A program made the position numbers and the translations under genes. The notes beneath the pieces were generated by a model. That model was not told the origin of the DNA. It searched no databases and saw nothing but the letters and a program-made list of their open reading frames with translations. DNA of 64,000 bases from Felis catus (lineage: Eukaryota), in contig NC_058369.1 in NCBI RefSeq assembly GCF_018350175.1, positions 14,448,001 through 14,512,000 of the forward strand. The letters run 5' to 3'. Below, in pieces: positions 23,446 to 35,378 of this stretch; the stretch's first letter is position 1, and each line of letters starts with the position of its first letter.

Positions 23446-23800
23446 CCCTTGTCTGAGGGGAACCCCGCCTCTCTGAGCGGAGACCCCCTTCTCTGAGGGA
23501 CCCCCATCTCTCTGAGTGACCCCCCGTTTTCTGAGGGGCTCCACCTCTCTGAGATACTCCCCCCCTCGGAGAAATGCCAAGTCCTCTGAGGGACCCTCAC
23601 TTTTCTGAGGGGAGCGCTTCTTCCCGGATGGACGTTCCACTTTTCTGAGGGACCCCCTGCCTCTGCGGGGGAGCCTTCCTTCCCCCATGTCTTTGAGGAA
23701 CCGCCAGCTTCACTGAGGGACCCTCGACCCTCTGAGAACCACCCCCCCCCCCCCGCAACTTCTCTGAGGAGACGACGCGATGTTCTGTCTCTGCGGGGCC
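23395..23800. repeat. Degenerate 18-20-bp minisatellite with (T/C)TCTGAGGG core
   Basis: CTGAG cores at 23417, 23453, 23473, 23493, 23512, 23531, 23549, 23586, 23605, 23645, 23713, 23732 and 23764, plus in-register variants at 23567 and 23663. Confidence 0.85.
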
Positions 23801-24008
23801 CCCTGATTCCCTGGGGACCCTTGCTTCTCTCAGGAGACGACTTGATTCTAGGGGAACTCCCACTTCTCTGGGGGACCCAGACCTCCCTGCCTTTCCAGGG
23901 ACCACCCCCCCCGCCCCTCCCCCCTCCCATGGTCTGTGAGGCGGCCCCTGCTTCTCTGAGCTGTTGTCCCTCTTCTCTGACGTGTTCCCCTTTTGCCCTT
24001 GCTTTTCT

Positions 24009-24236
24009 TTTTTTTTTTTTTAATTTTTTTTTTCAACATTTATTTATTTTTGGGACAGAGAGAGACAGAGCATGAACGGGGGAGGGGCAGAGAGAGAGGG
24101 AGACACAGAATCGGAAACAGGCTCCAGGCTCTGAGCCATCAGCCCAGAGCCTGACGCGGGGCTCGAACTCACGGACCGCGAGATCGTGACCTGGCTGAAG
24201 TCGGACGCTTAACCGACTGCGCCACCCAGGCGCCCC
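24009..24236 (-). mobile_element. Full-length young felid CanSINE
   Basis: Perfect 15-bp TSD TGCCCTTGCTTTTCT at 23994-24008 and 24237-24251; CpGs intact. Confidence 0.95.
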
Positions 24237-24281
24237 TGCCCTTGCTTTTCTAAGGTGCCTCCCGCTTTCTACGGGTCCCCT

Positions 24282-24307
24282 CCCCCCCCCCCCCCCCCCC
24301 CCCCCCC
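24282..24307. repeat. Poly(C) tract, 26 nt
   Basis: Directly visible homopolymer. Confidence 0.9.
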
Positions 24308-27300
24308 GCCTTTCTGAGACGCTCTCCCTGCTCTCGGTCCCCACTTCAGCGGGTGACATCCCTTTCCCAAGCGTCCCTCCCCCGCCTGAGGTGCTGCTGT
24401 TGCTGCTGTCACAATCCTTCTTGGAGGTGGTCCCCACTTTTCTGAACTGTTCCCATTCTTGATGCGACCCCCTCCTTTTTGGCGAGTGCCTCCTCTTTCC
24501 CGAGGGGTCCCCACTACCCCGAGATGCCCATTCATCAGACTGGAGCCTTAGTTGTCTGAGGAAGAGTTCCCCCGTCTTCCAAAATGTGTTCTTTTGGGTT
24601 CTCCATTAATCTATGGAAGCCACAATTTTCTGAGGGTCTCTGGCTCCTCCAGAGGTTCTGCCCCTAGTATCCCCATTCCTAGGGGATCCTCTTGTCCCCT
24701 AAGTGTGCCTCCACTTTTCCAAGATCACTTCTGCTGGTGGGAAACACCATGGACTTTTTCACTTCTCTGAATGGGTGCCCCCGCATTCTGAGGCCTTCCC
24801 CTCCCACTTGCCAGAGGACATTTCCCCCTTTCCTGAGGTTTCCCTCCTGATTCTCTGAGGGAGAAACTCTTCCTTCATTTTCCTTGGATCCCCCAACTCC
24901 AAGCCTCCCCTGTTTCTGTTTATGGCACCCTCTTCCTCCTTTCTGGAAGGAGAGACCAGAAATGTGTCCCCTCTTGTCTTCTTTCTTGCCAGATTGGAGG
25001 AGGAGTTCTTTGAACTTTTACCTCAGCTTCCAGGGACCTGGAGAATTTTGTGGCTGGAAAGGAATTTGGGAGACAGAGTCAAAAAGCGTTGTTTTCTCTT
25101 GTCCTTCTGAGACCTGCTAGATTTGAGGGGGGGCAGGAGCCGCTTGCCAGGTGACCACCTTGGTTCGCTCTAATTTTGAGCCTTGGGCCACCACAGTGTT
25201 GTGAGGCCCACGTGAAGGCTGGAGGGACAGGGTTGGAGCGTTGTCCTCCCGTTTTCCCCCATTGTCACACTGTCAGGCTGTGAGACTGACCCATTTCCTG
25301 TCCCATCCCTCAATCCTCCCTCTGCATAGTATAACTCCCCCCTCCTCCCCACACCCCCCACTCCCGCCCCCAAACAAAAAAGGAGAAGCAAAAACAGTCC
25401 TTCAGGTCTTCCTGCTGTGTTTTCTCTCTCCTTGGGCCTTCTGATTCACCCCTTGATCTCTAGAGGATCCCTGGTTTGTGGGCCACTCTGGTTTGAAAGG
25501 CAGGGCAAGAAGCAGGAAATGGGTCACCTTAGATCCAGGAAGGGTGGAAGGGAGGCAAAGGACAGTATTTCTCTAAGTTTTAGGTAACTTCAGCCTGGCC
25601 CAAAGGAAGTTTTTACATGGCTTTTACAAATCTCATGTGTACTTTTTTTAATGGCCCACCCTGGATTCCAAATTCACTCCAGTAGCTAATTTTATCTGCT
25701 TTGCCAAACGCAGAGCTCTCTGGAGCCCAAGTAGATGAATGCTGGCATTGAGAGATGGTCCAAAGGACAGGAATGAACTCAGTTTGAAACCTGAGTAACT
25801 TGTAACCACTTCGTGTCCATGCACAAGTCTCAGGCTAAAAACATGGGGGAGAATGTTCTTGAAGTGGAGTTCTGAAATGTAGGCTGAACTGTTTGGTTTA
25901 GCGTTTCAACAAGTTCTTCTCTCTGACTCTGCTAGAACTGTAGTTCACTTTACAGTGTGACTTAAAGCTGTCTTTCTCCTGTTCGTTTCCATCTGGGTCT
26001 TGCTTAATTTGAGTCCTTTGTGAAGATTCCTGCCGAGGCTATAATTTGAGTTCTAAATCCGTCGGGGGACCATGTGGACACAAGTTTCAACTCGAGCTAT
26101 TTTCTTCTGTGGAGAAGTGCTTGGAGAGTTTCCTGGGCCCTCTGCTCCTGGGGTAGTCAAGTCCAGGCAGGAAGGTGCTGCAGACCTGGTTGCTCTCTTA
26201 CTGCCTCTTCCTGGTCAGTTGCAGGCACTGCCCTGAGGGGAAGGGTACGGATGGTGGGGAGCTTGGGGGTTAGGGTTTCCTGAGACAGGGCAGAGAAGAG
26301 CTGGCACATATTTATTTTAAATGAAACCCATAGGACCAACAGGATGGGGTGTTGGAAAGAGAAGGGGGAGCTTTGAAGCCAGAAGGACCTGATTCAGGTT
26401 TTGGTCTGTCCTTCCTAGTTGTGTGGCCTTGCACAAGTTAAAATGCAAAATCAGCACGTTACTAACTATTTGAGGGCCACATCTCTATGAATGTGTGTGA
26501 AGATGTCCACAGATGGGAAGTGCTTCCTAGACATACGAATGAATGAATCTGAGGGGAGGCAGTCAGTATAGACATATGAATGAATGAGTGAATGAATGAA
26601 TGAAGGGGAGGCAGTCAGCATAGCACCTAGCACATGATTGGTGTGCAATAAAGGTTGCCTGTTGTGCTTATGAGATCAGGGTTCCAGACCAGGAAGCTTT
26701 TGACATTCTGCCAAGGCTAAATATGCCCGTAGAGAAAGAAATGTGGTATGTTTCTTGCAAAACCCACTATCACCCTGGGTCTTGTAGCATTTTTCTGTGT
26801 TCAGATAGCAGCTATGAGATGGACTTGCTGCGTAGCAGGCATTTGCTGTGTAGAAGGCATTTGGCCTTGTCTTCTGCTTCTGTAAAATGGGGTAATTTGT
26901 AAATGGAGGGCAAGTAGGGAGATGTACTATAATTAGACTGTCGGCAAAGTAGAAGACTATAATGAACTTTAAGAGTTGTGGGAAGAAAAAAATAGGTGAA
27001 CTATAAACCTAAAGGATCATATTCATATTTTGGGACTGCTTGAGTGAGCAATATACAGCAGTTACCTGGTGAGTGATCTCTTCTTACACAATAGAACCTT
27101 GAAAGAAGAATGTTCTTTTAGGGTAATGGATCAGATTTGGGGACAAAAGACTGGGAAAGTGATGTACAAAGGCATTTGCTGTCCCATAATAATAGTACAT
27201 TGAGAGGGCCAGTGTGTGGCTTAGTGCCCATGAGGAGATCAGAGTTCACCTTGAGCTCCCAGGATCTAGAGAGCTGTGGAAGATGGTAACTTAGGGTGGG

Positions 27301-27639
27301 GGTGGAGGTAGGGGCTGGGGTGGGCAGGACACTTTTTTGGGGGGGTGGGGGAGGATTCTTTCTTAGCAATTACTGAAAGCCCTGAAATCATGGCCAGAGA
27401 GTTGGGCCTAGCCTTTTTCACTTACTAGTGTGGGGACAGATGGCACACAAATATGGGTGAAATAATGGGTGAAAATCTGAGCTAGGCCTCCACTGGGCTA
27501 CTCCCAGGTTTGAAGGATTCCCCACCTGCCTTTGAAATTACTCCCTCTCCCTCCCTCTTCCCCTCTTTACTTTCTTCTCTCCCTCCCCCTGCCTCCCTCG
27601 CTATTGAGGCAAAGAATCCAACAATCTTAAATTTCTCTC

Positions 27640-27843
27640 TTTTTAAAAATTTTTTTTAAAAAATGTTTTATTTTTGCGAGAGAGAGTGCAAGGGGGGAAG
27701 GGGCAGAGAGAGAAGGGGACAGATGATCCAAAGCCAGCTCCTCATTGCTGATAGCAGAGAGCCCAGTTTGGGACTCAAACTCACAAACCATGAGATCATG
27801 ACCTGAGCCGAACTGACTGAGCCACGCAGGTGCAGGTGCCCCC
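27640..27843 (-). mobile_element. Older CanSINE
   Basis: T-rich tail, GA-rich segment, gagatcatgacctgagccgaa, ggtgcccc end. Confidence 0.85.
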
Positions 27844-28580
27844 TCTTAATTCTTTTAAAGACAGTTATTCCATTAAAGAAAAAACAACAAAGCTTTATTA
27901 TTTTTAAGATATAAAAAATAAAGTAAATAACTCTAAAGGGCTCACTATCCCTTTTGAAATTGTTCTGTGTCTTTTTGTGTCACAGACTTCACTCTGGTGG
28001 ATGGTGGCGTCACCACCAAGTCTCTTATCTAACAGGAAGTTTTTTAAACTTTTTTTTTTTTTTTTTTAATTTGAAAGACCCTTACAGCAGTAAAAACCCT
28101 TGGATAGTTAGAAATGATATTGATCTAGGTACATTTATTAGACGTAATGTAACATGGTTATCTGTTGGTGGGGAGCTCTAAAAGGCATATGGGTCCCAAC
28201 ACTGCCCAGCTTCTAACTCTGGACGATAAACTGTTGATTTATATTACTGAAATAGCTAGGGAAGTCAGGGTTTCCTTCCTGTTGGAGACAGCACTGGGGG
28301 CATTAAATCCCTGTAGGATCTTAATGATAAGAAAGAGACTGACCTCTTCTGGAATTGGGAAATAACTACTGTATGAAGTTGTTCCATCCAAATGCATGGA
28401 AGGTGTTATTTTTAATTTCTAGTATTAAATTTGGCTTTTTCCTGTCTGTAGCCTGGCTGCCTTTGTTTATTGTGGTGCATTGTTAGAATAATAATTTATC
28501 TCTTCAAACTGGCCTATAAGGGACAGTTTGAGCACTCAACTAAACAAGACTTTTCTTGTGTGGCCATAAGGTAGGGCATT

Positions 28581-28770
28581 AAAAAAAATTTTTTTTTAAC
28601 ATTTATTCACTTTTGAGAGACAGAGCATGAGTGGGGGAGGGGCAGAGAGAGAGGGAGACACAGAATCAGAAGCAGGCTCCAGGCTCCGAGCTGTCTGCAC
28701 AGAGGCTGACGCGGGGCCCGAACCCATGGACTGCAAGATCACGAACCCACTGTGAGCCACCCAGGGCCCC
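28581..28770 (-). mobile_element. CanSINE with internal deletion
   Basis: CanSINE body with part of the tRNA region missing; flanked by AGGGCATT repeats at 28573 and 28771. Confidence 0.85.
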
Positions 28771-30269
28771 AGGGCATTTTTTTTTTTTTTTTAAACGCAA
28801 CTTAAATTGGATTGAAAAATAGTGTTAAATATTCTGGCTCATGTAACTTCCTATATCAGCAAATAATCCACCAGTAAATGTTTGTGTGACGACGTTGCAC
28901 CAGGTTTACCATGCTGGGTGCTGGCAGCCTAACAGTGAGTAGGATAGATGAAGTCAGCTCTCAAGGAACTTAATCCCAGTCACAGAGAAGAAAACAATCA
29001 AATGAAAGACTATTGCAGAGCTTCTTTGGGAATATCCCTGGATGTTGGGAGTTTGGGGTGGAGTTTCTTGGAGGTTTAGAAGTGAAACCTCACTACTACT
29101 CTAATTTACTCACTGGACTCTGCTTCTGTTTCCTCCATCTTAAAGGAGGCAAAAATCATGGCATTTTCCTGGGTGATTGTTGGCTGTTGGCACTAGTTGA
29201 TTCAGGATGACTGTGACTATAATCTGAGAAAAAAGAGAATCTGGGATGGTCACTGGCAGGAGCATTTTCAGCTTCGCTTTTCTTGAAGTCAGTGGCAGTG
29301 TGTTTTTGGAATCCCGTGGCATTTCTTCATGGCAGTGCATGTTAGGCACAGAGATAAACAGCTCTAAAAGCCCTCTCGCCTTGTTTGAAATCTTAAAAGA
29401 AAATTCAGACAAGCAGAGTGCTTGGCTGTTGTTTATGGTATGGGAAAGAGTAGTGAGCTTTCAAATAGATAGACTACTTTGTTGTGCATTAGTAGGTTGT
29501 TGGTGCACAGTTCCCTCTGCCCTAGGGTTCCCTCTTATACTGGGGTTGGAGAAGCACTACTAACCTTAACCTTTCCATGATGTCAGATTTGATGTTAAGC
29601 CACATAGGTCAATTATGTGACAGATGCTTTTCTTAAGTGTATTTGTGAGGGGTGGAGCCGGAGAGCAGGGGTGGAAATTCCTTCAAGACACATGCTTCAA
29701 GAGGAGAGAGAGATTATAAGGAGAGTTTCTGGTAGTGTTTTGCTTTCCTTCAAAGTACTGACTTAGAGGTGAAGAGGCAGGCTCTGGCCGGAAGTGGGCG
29801 TGGACAAGTAATGCAACTGCATGTGACCAGGCTCCCACCTCTGGGCTTTGCTGCCCTTGGGAAGTGGATGCTTGCTCCCTCCTCACTTCCTGTTCCCTTG
29901 CCCTCCAGCAGAGTTCTTGGGCCCCAACTTGAGTATAGAAAATACATTCAAATTCTCACTTTTTTTTTTCTTGGTAAGCTGCTTTGTTAGAGCTGTGATC
30001 CACCAGTGGACTTGCACTTGGCAGTTCTGGGGGCTCAGCTAATGTACCTACAAACTTAGGACTATCTGGCAGGGTAGCCAACAGGATGGTTTTCTGTTGC
30101 ATTATCACAGTGTTCCCTGCAGGAGCGTGCCTGTAGAGGGCTGCTCTGGAGATGTGTATAGAACTCAAGGAAGCAGACATTAGCAACGTCCTTCTGCAAG
30201 AGTGTGTTCTTGAAGAATGGTTTACTATTATTTGTCTTTATTACTTTGTAAAAGTACCCTCTGTGCAGT

Positions 30270-30420
30270 AGAAACTTTAGAGCCAGAAAGACTTGGGTTT
30301 GTATCCAGATTCTGACACTTGCTGGCTCTGCGACCTCAGGGAAGTGGTTTAACTCCAAGTGGCCTAACTTCTTTGAGTCTCAGTTTCCTCATTTGTGGGG
30401 TAGGGATGGTAAGCATGAAG
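30270..30420 (+). mobile_element. MIR
   Basis: agccagaaagacttgggtttgtatcc...gctctgcgacctcagg...gagtctcagtttcctcatttgt matches the MIR core. Confidence 0.7.
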
Positions 30421-31341
30421 CAGGTGGCCAGATTGTTGTAGGCGCCCGATAAAGGTAGTTGTTATGGAATCATATCAAAGCTGAATGGCCCTCTTAAAGT
30501 TGGCACTCAAGTTTGGATAACTAACTACTTATGCCAGTTAATACTGAGAGTAAATCAGTCCATGTTGGGGCCACAAGCTGGGTGCAGCTGAGGACCGGTA
30601 TCTAGAGGTTCCCAGATTGGTTGATTTTTTTCCCAGTGAGTTCTCTCAGTTCACTATGGCTTTGTGCTGCTGTGTATCACTTTGGTGTACTTACTATATA
30701 GACTTTCGGTGCCTCCTGAAGCATGGATAGGGTGACTGGGAAAAGGGCTCAAACTGGAGGGTGGGTAAAGGAAGGGTGATAGAGCTACTTGTTAGGTGGC
30801 TAGGCATTCTAGGGAGAAGAACAGCATAGGCATGGGCAGGGACCTGGAGGTAAAAAAAACAAAAAAACAAGGTGAGTTCTCTTGACCTGAGGAGGTTATG
30901 AACATTGGAAAGTCAAGAGTTTGAACTGAGCACCTTTGGCAAGAAAAGTCTAAAGTTTACCTTTAAAGGTGTAGAAAGTTTTATAAAATGTCCATAGTAG
31001 GAAAGTTCAATTCAAAATTGAACTCAGATTAAAATAATATTTAAATTGAATTCTTAATAAACATTTTCAATCAGAAATCAATGATGTCCAGTGAAATCAG
31101 ACCATCTGGACTCTCTTTGTACTGGTATGTAGTCTACATGAAGTTTAATCTCCTAAAGAGCTTCAAGAAAACAGATTTGGGGGCTGCTTCTGAATTATTA
31201 TTATTATTATTATTATTTTTTTTTTGAGAATTGTTATCATTTAAGCTGGTCTAAAATTCTTAACACAGCAAAACAAATTTTTAACTTGCATGGCATTTTC
31301 AAGGTTTAGGTTTTATACTTAGGAAACTTTCAAGTTACTGA

Positions 31342-32048
31342 TTTATTTATTTAAAAAATTTTTTTAATATTTATTTTTGAGAGAGACAGAGTACGAGTGA
31401 GGAACTGGCAGAGAGAGGAGACACAGAATCTGAAGCAGGCTCCAGGCTCTGAGTTGTCAGCACAGAGCCCGCTCTGGGGCTTGAACTTGCGAACCACAAG
31501 ATCATGACCTGAGCTGAAGTCAGACGCTCAACCCACTGAGCCACCCAGGCTCTCCTCAAGTTTTTTTTTTGTTTTTTTAAGTTTATTTATTTACTTTGAG
31601 AGAGTGGGAGAGAGAGGGCACGTGTACCCATGTGTGCTGATGGGGGAGGGACAGAGAGAGGGAGAGAGAGGATCTCAAGCAGGCTCCGTGTTGTCAGCCC
31701 AGAGGCCCGTGTGGGGATGTGGGGCTCGATCTCATTAACTGAACTGTGAGACCATGACCTGAGCTAAAATCAAGAGTCAGATGATAGGGGTTCTTGGGTG
31801 GCTCAGTCAGTTAAATGACTGACTTCGGCTCAGGTCATGATCTTGCAGTCTGAGTTTGAGCCCTACATCAGGCTCTATGCTGACAGCTCAGAGCCTAGAA
31901 CCTGCTTCAGATTCTGTGTCTCCCTCTCTCTTTGCCTCTCCCCTACTCGCACTCTGTCTCTCTCTCTTTCTCTCTCAAGAATAAATAAACCTTAAAAAAA
32001 AAAAAAAAAGAGTTGGATGCTTAACCAACTGAACCACCCAGGCACCCT
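31342..32048. mobile_element. CanSINE cluster: minus copy 31342-31556; minus copy 31560-32048 interrupted by a plus copy 31787-32008
   Basis: Three recognisable bodies. The host element breaks at aagagtcagatg and resumes at aagagttggatg after the inserted copy's A-tail. Confidence 0.9.
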
Positions 32049-32259
32049 GAAACTTTCAAGGTTTATATTTAATCTCTCAATGTATCTCTATTGAAGGTTG
32101 ACTTTTGACTTAAATTTGAAATAAATATCTTATTCTTCTGTTAAACAAGGAGTTGGTAAAATGTAGGCCTGATCAAGTCAGCATGCAAAAAGGCATGGGT
32201 GTTTTGTTATCAAGCTGTGAAGGAGAAAACCAGAAAGACCCATCCCCTGTATATATATA

Positions 32260-32470
32260 TTTTTAATGTTTATTTATCTTAGAGAGAAAAAGAGACAGAG
32301 TGTGAGTGGGGGAGGGGCAGAGAGAGAGGGAGACACAGAATCCGAAGCAGGCTCCAGGCTCTGAGCTGTCAGCACAGAGCCTGACAAAGGGCTCGAACCC
32401 ACAAACCAAACCATGAGATCATGACCTGAGCTGACGGACGCTTAACCAACTGAGCCACCCAGGCACCGCC
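32260..32470 (-). mobile_element. CanSINE
   Basis: Full antisense body. Confidence 0.92.
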
Positions 32471-32817
32471 CCCTGCTCCTCTGTATTTTTAATAGGAAAT
32501 GCTAGACACCAAGGTAGGAAAGGGTGGGGGATACCCATCCTGTCAGGAAAACTTTTGGGAAAAATGTTTTACCTCCTTCCTATGTCAGGTTGGAAGATCT
32601 GCTATTTAACAATCAGGGAATGGGGTATGAATTGGATACCAAGTGTTAAAATTTTTTTTTTCATGTCTAAATCATGGATGGGATGTTTATTAACAGACCA
32701 GTGATATGACTAACACTCTTTCTTTGCTAAATACGTTTGAATAGGTTCATCTTTAGACCTAAGACTAACATAAACTTTTTTTTTTCTTTTTTCTGGTAGC
32801 TTTTTGATTTTTCCTTA

Positions 32818-33010
32818 AAAATTTTTTTTAATTTTATTTTTGAGAGAGAGACAGCGAGGGAGGGGCAGAGAGAGAGGGAGACACAGAATCCAAAGCAGGC
32901 TTCAGGCTCTGAAAGCACAGAGCCCAGTGCGGGACTTGAACTCACGAATTGTGAGATCATGACCTGAGCCAAAGTCAGAAGCTTAACCTACTGAACCACC
33001 CAGGCGCCCC
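32818..33010 (-). mobile_element. CanSINE
   Basis: Full antisense body ending caggcgcccc. Confidence 0.92.
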
Positions 33011-33548
33011 AGATGTTTTTCCTTTTAATTCTTTAATTCATAGAAAACATAGTTCACTTACTCACTTTTCAAAGACTTAAAATTGCTAAAATAGGTGGGC
33101 ATTTTTTTTTGTAAGCCACGTATAGACACAAAAGAGATAATCCTTGCCAACTGGTGACACACGCAGGTGAAGACAGAGTGGGAGATATACTTCTGGGTTC
33201 ACAGTAATACATCTAGCAGTTTGTTTTTAACCCTTCAGGGGAGCATTTGTAAGCAGAACTCTGTAGTGTTGGGACTTCCTCATGGCCACACAGAGACTAA
33301 GTACAGATGGAGCCTGAACTCCATGTTGCCCAGCCACTAAGTATACGGAATTGTGGTTAGAAACGGTTAGAAACGGCATTCAAAACAAAACAAACACATG
33401 CTGACAAAGTGGCCCGTCTCTAGAGAGCTGTGTTTTAGAGAGCTTTTCAGCATATATATGACAGGGATGAGGCAAACAGGTGCAGATATGTCTCCCACAA
33501 ACTCCTAATCTAGCTTAAGAATGCTGTGATTTAAAAAAGGACATTTGT

Positions 33549-34032
33549 GGGGCACCTGGGTGGCTCAGTCAGTTAAGCATCCAATTCTTTTTTTTTTTTT
33601 TAATTTTTTTTTCAACGTTTTTAATTTATTTTTGGGACAGAGAGAGACAGAGCATGAACGGGGGAGGGGCAGAGAGAGAGGGAGACACAGAATCGGAAAC
33701 AGGCTCCAGGCTCTGAGCCATCAGCCCAGAGCTTGACACGGGGCTCGAACCCACGGACCGCGAGATCGTGACCTGGCTGAAGTCGGACGCTTAACCGACT
33801 GCACCACCCAGGCGCCCCAAGCATCCAATTCTTAATTTCAGCTCAGGTCTCTATCTCACTGTTCATGAGTTTGAGCCCCGGATCTGGCTCTGCCTCGCTG
33901 GCCTCTGCTCTGACAGTGCAAGCCTGCTTGGGATTCTCTCTCTCTGCCCCTCATCTGCTCGTGCTTGTGCGTACATGCTCGCTCTCTCTCTTTCAAAATA
34001 AATAAACTTAAAAATAAAAGTAAAAAAAAAAA
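33549..34032. mobile_element. Nested SINEs: older plus-strand CanSINE (33549-34032) interrupted by a young minus-strand copy (33590-33818)
   Basis: Inner perfect TSD AAGCATCCAATTCTT at 33575-33589 and 33819-33833. Outer TSD AAAAAA(G/T)GACATTTGT at 33533-33548 and 34027-34042. Confidence 0.93.
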
Positions 34033-34057
34033 TGACATTTGTTGTATCAGTTACTTA

Positions 34058-34288
34058 AATTTTTTAATGCTTATTTATTTTTGAGAGAGAGAGAGAGAGC
34101 GAGAGAGAGAGAGAGAGCAAGCCAGGGGAATGGCAGAGAGAGAGGGAGACACAGAATCTGAAGCAGGCTCCAGGCTCTGAGCTGTCGGCACAGAGCCAGA
34201 TGCGGGGCTCGAACCCATGGACCGGACTGTGAGGTCATGACCTGAGCCAAAGTCAGACACTTAACCGACTGAGCCACACAGGCGCCCC
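34058..34288 (-). mobile_element. CanSINE with expanded (GA)n
   Basis: Full antisense body. Confidence 0.92.
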
Positions 34289-35200
34289 TGTTATAGCAGT
34301 TATAATGCACTGGTAGTGTCTTGTTTTTCATAAAGCATCACTGTAATAGTTCCTTTAACTGTTTTCTGGTCCTTGAAAAAAGTACCAAAACTATCAAAGT
34401 ACTAAGGAAATCACATTAACATAGAAATGTTCCTTCCCTTTCACAACAAATTGCATTCTAATCTCACCAAGTGAATGTGAATTTAGGGTGAAATAAGAAA
34501 CTATAAAACAATCCTGAGAGATTGTGCTTATGATTGTCCCTAAACTCAGTGAAGACAGTTTTAGACTTGAGTTATAAAAATGCAAAGTGTGGAAAGCGGT
34601 CAGTGATCTTTTCATAAAATACTTTAAAAGAGATTTGGTACACTTTTGAATAAACAACCTGTTTATTCTTTAGAGAACTTCTCAGAAACCAAGTGGGAGC
34701 CTAGGGTCACTGATAGCAGTAATCTCAAAATTGGTTAAAGCCTACAGAACTAGGTCTGCTTAGCCTGCAAATTTAAGTAATTAAGTGACAATACATTCTG
34801 TGTTTTGAGACAGGCATCTAGAAAGTTTAAAGGATAATGAATCCATCCCTTTTCAGCCCTTTCTGTCTCCAAAGCCCCACACTCCAGGTGTGGCCAGCTC
34901 TGGCCTCTGCCTCTGCTCTTCTGGATGCCTGGGATGTCCCATCTGTTAAGAACTGGCCCACATGTCACATCCAGAAAGATTTCCCTGATTCCTCCCCAGG
35001 CAGGCAGTAGCCCCTTCCTCTGTGATTCCTGTCTTTCCTATGAATGCATTTTTTGCATTGAAATCTTCTGTCTTTCTGTGCCGCCAGCCTGTGAACTTCT
35101 GGGGATGGTGCTTGCAAAACCTTTGGGGTGAGTGGTCTCTTAGTTTTTCTCCATCAGTGTTTATCACATAAGATATCTTGAATTTTGTCCACCCAGAAAC

Positions 35201-35378
35201 TTTTTTTTTTAATGTTTATTTATTTATTTTGAGGTGGGGGAGGGCAGAGAGAATCCCAAGCAGGCTCCGCACTATCAGTGCAGAGCCCGACAGGGCTGGA
35301 ACTCATGAACAGTTAGATCATGACTTAAGCCGAAATCAAGAGTCTGACGCTTAACCTACTGAGCCACCCAGGCGCCCC
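35201..35378 (-). mobile_element. CanSINE
   Basis: Antisense body flanked by CCAGAAACTTT repeats. Confidence 0.9.

Noticed and set aside
22204..23800. Regularly spaced short repeats that superficially recall a CRISPR array
   Set aside because: The units are degenerate tandem repeats without identical direct repeats separated by unique spacers, there are no cas genes, and the DNA is mammalian.
22366..23930. Long overlapping ORFs (up to 295 aa) on both strands at CpG island 1
   Set aside because: Stop codons are scarce in very GC-rich DNA. The products are low-complexity Arg/Gly/Pro, many lack a true ATG start, and none resembles a protein I recognise.
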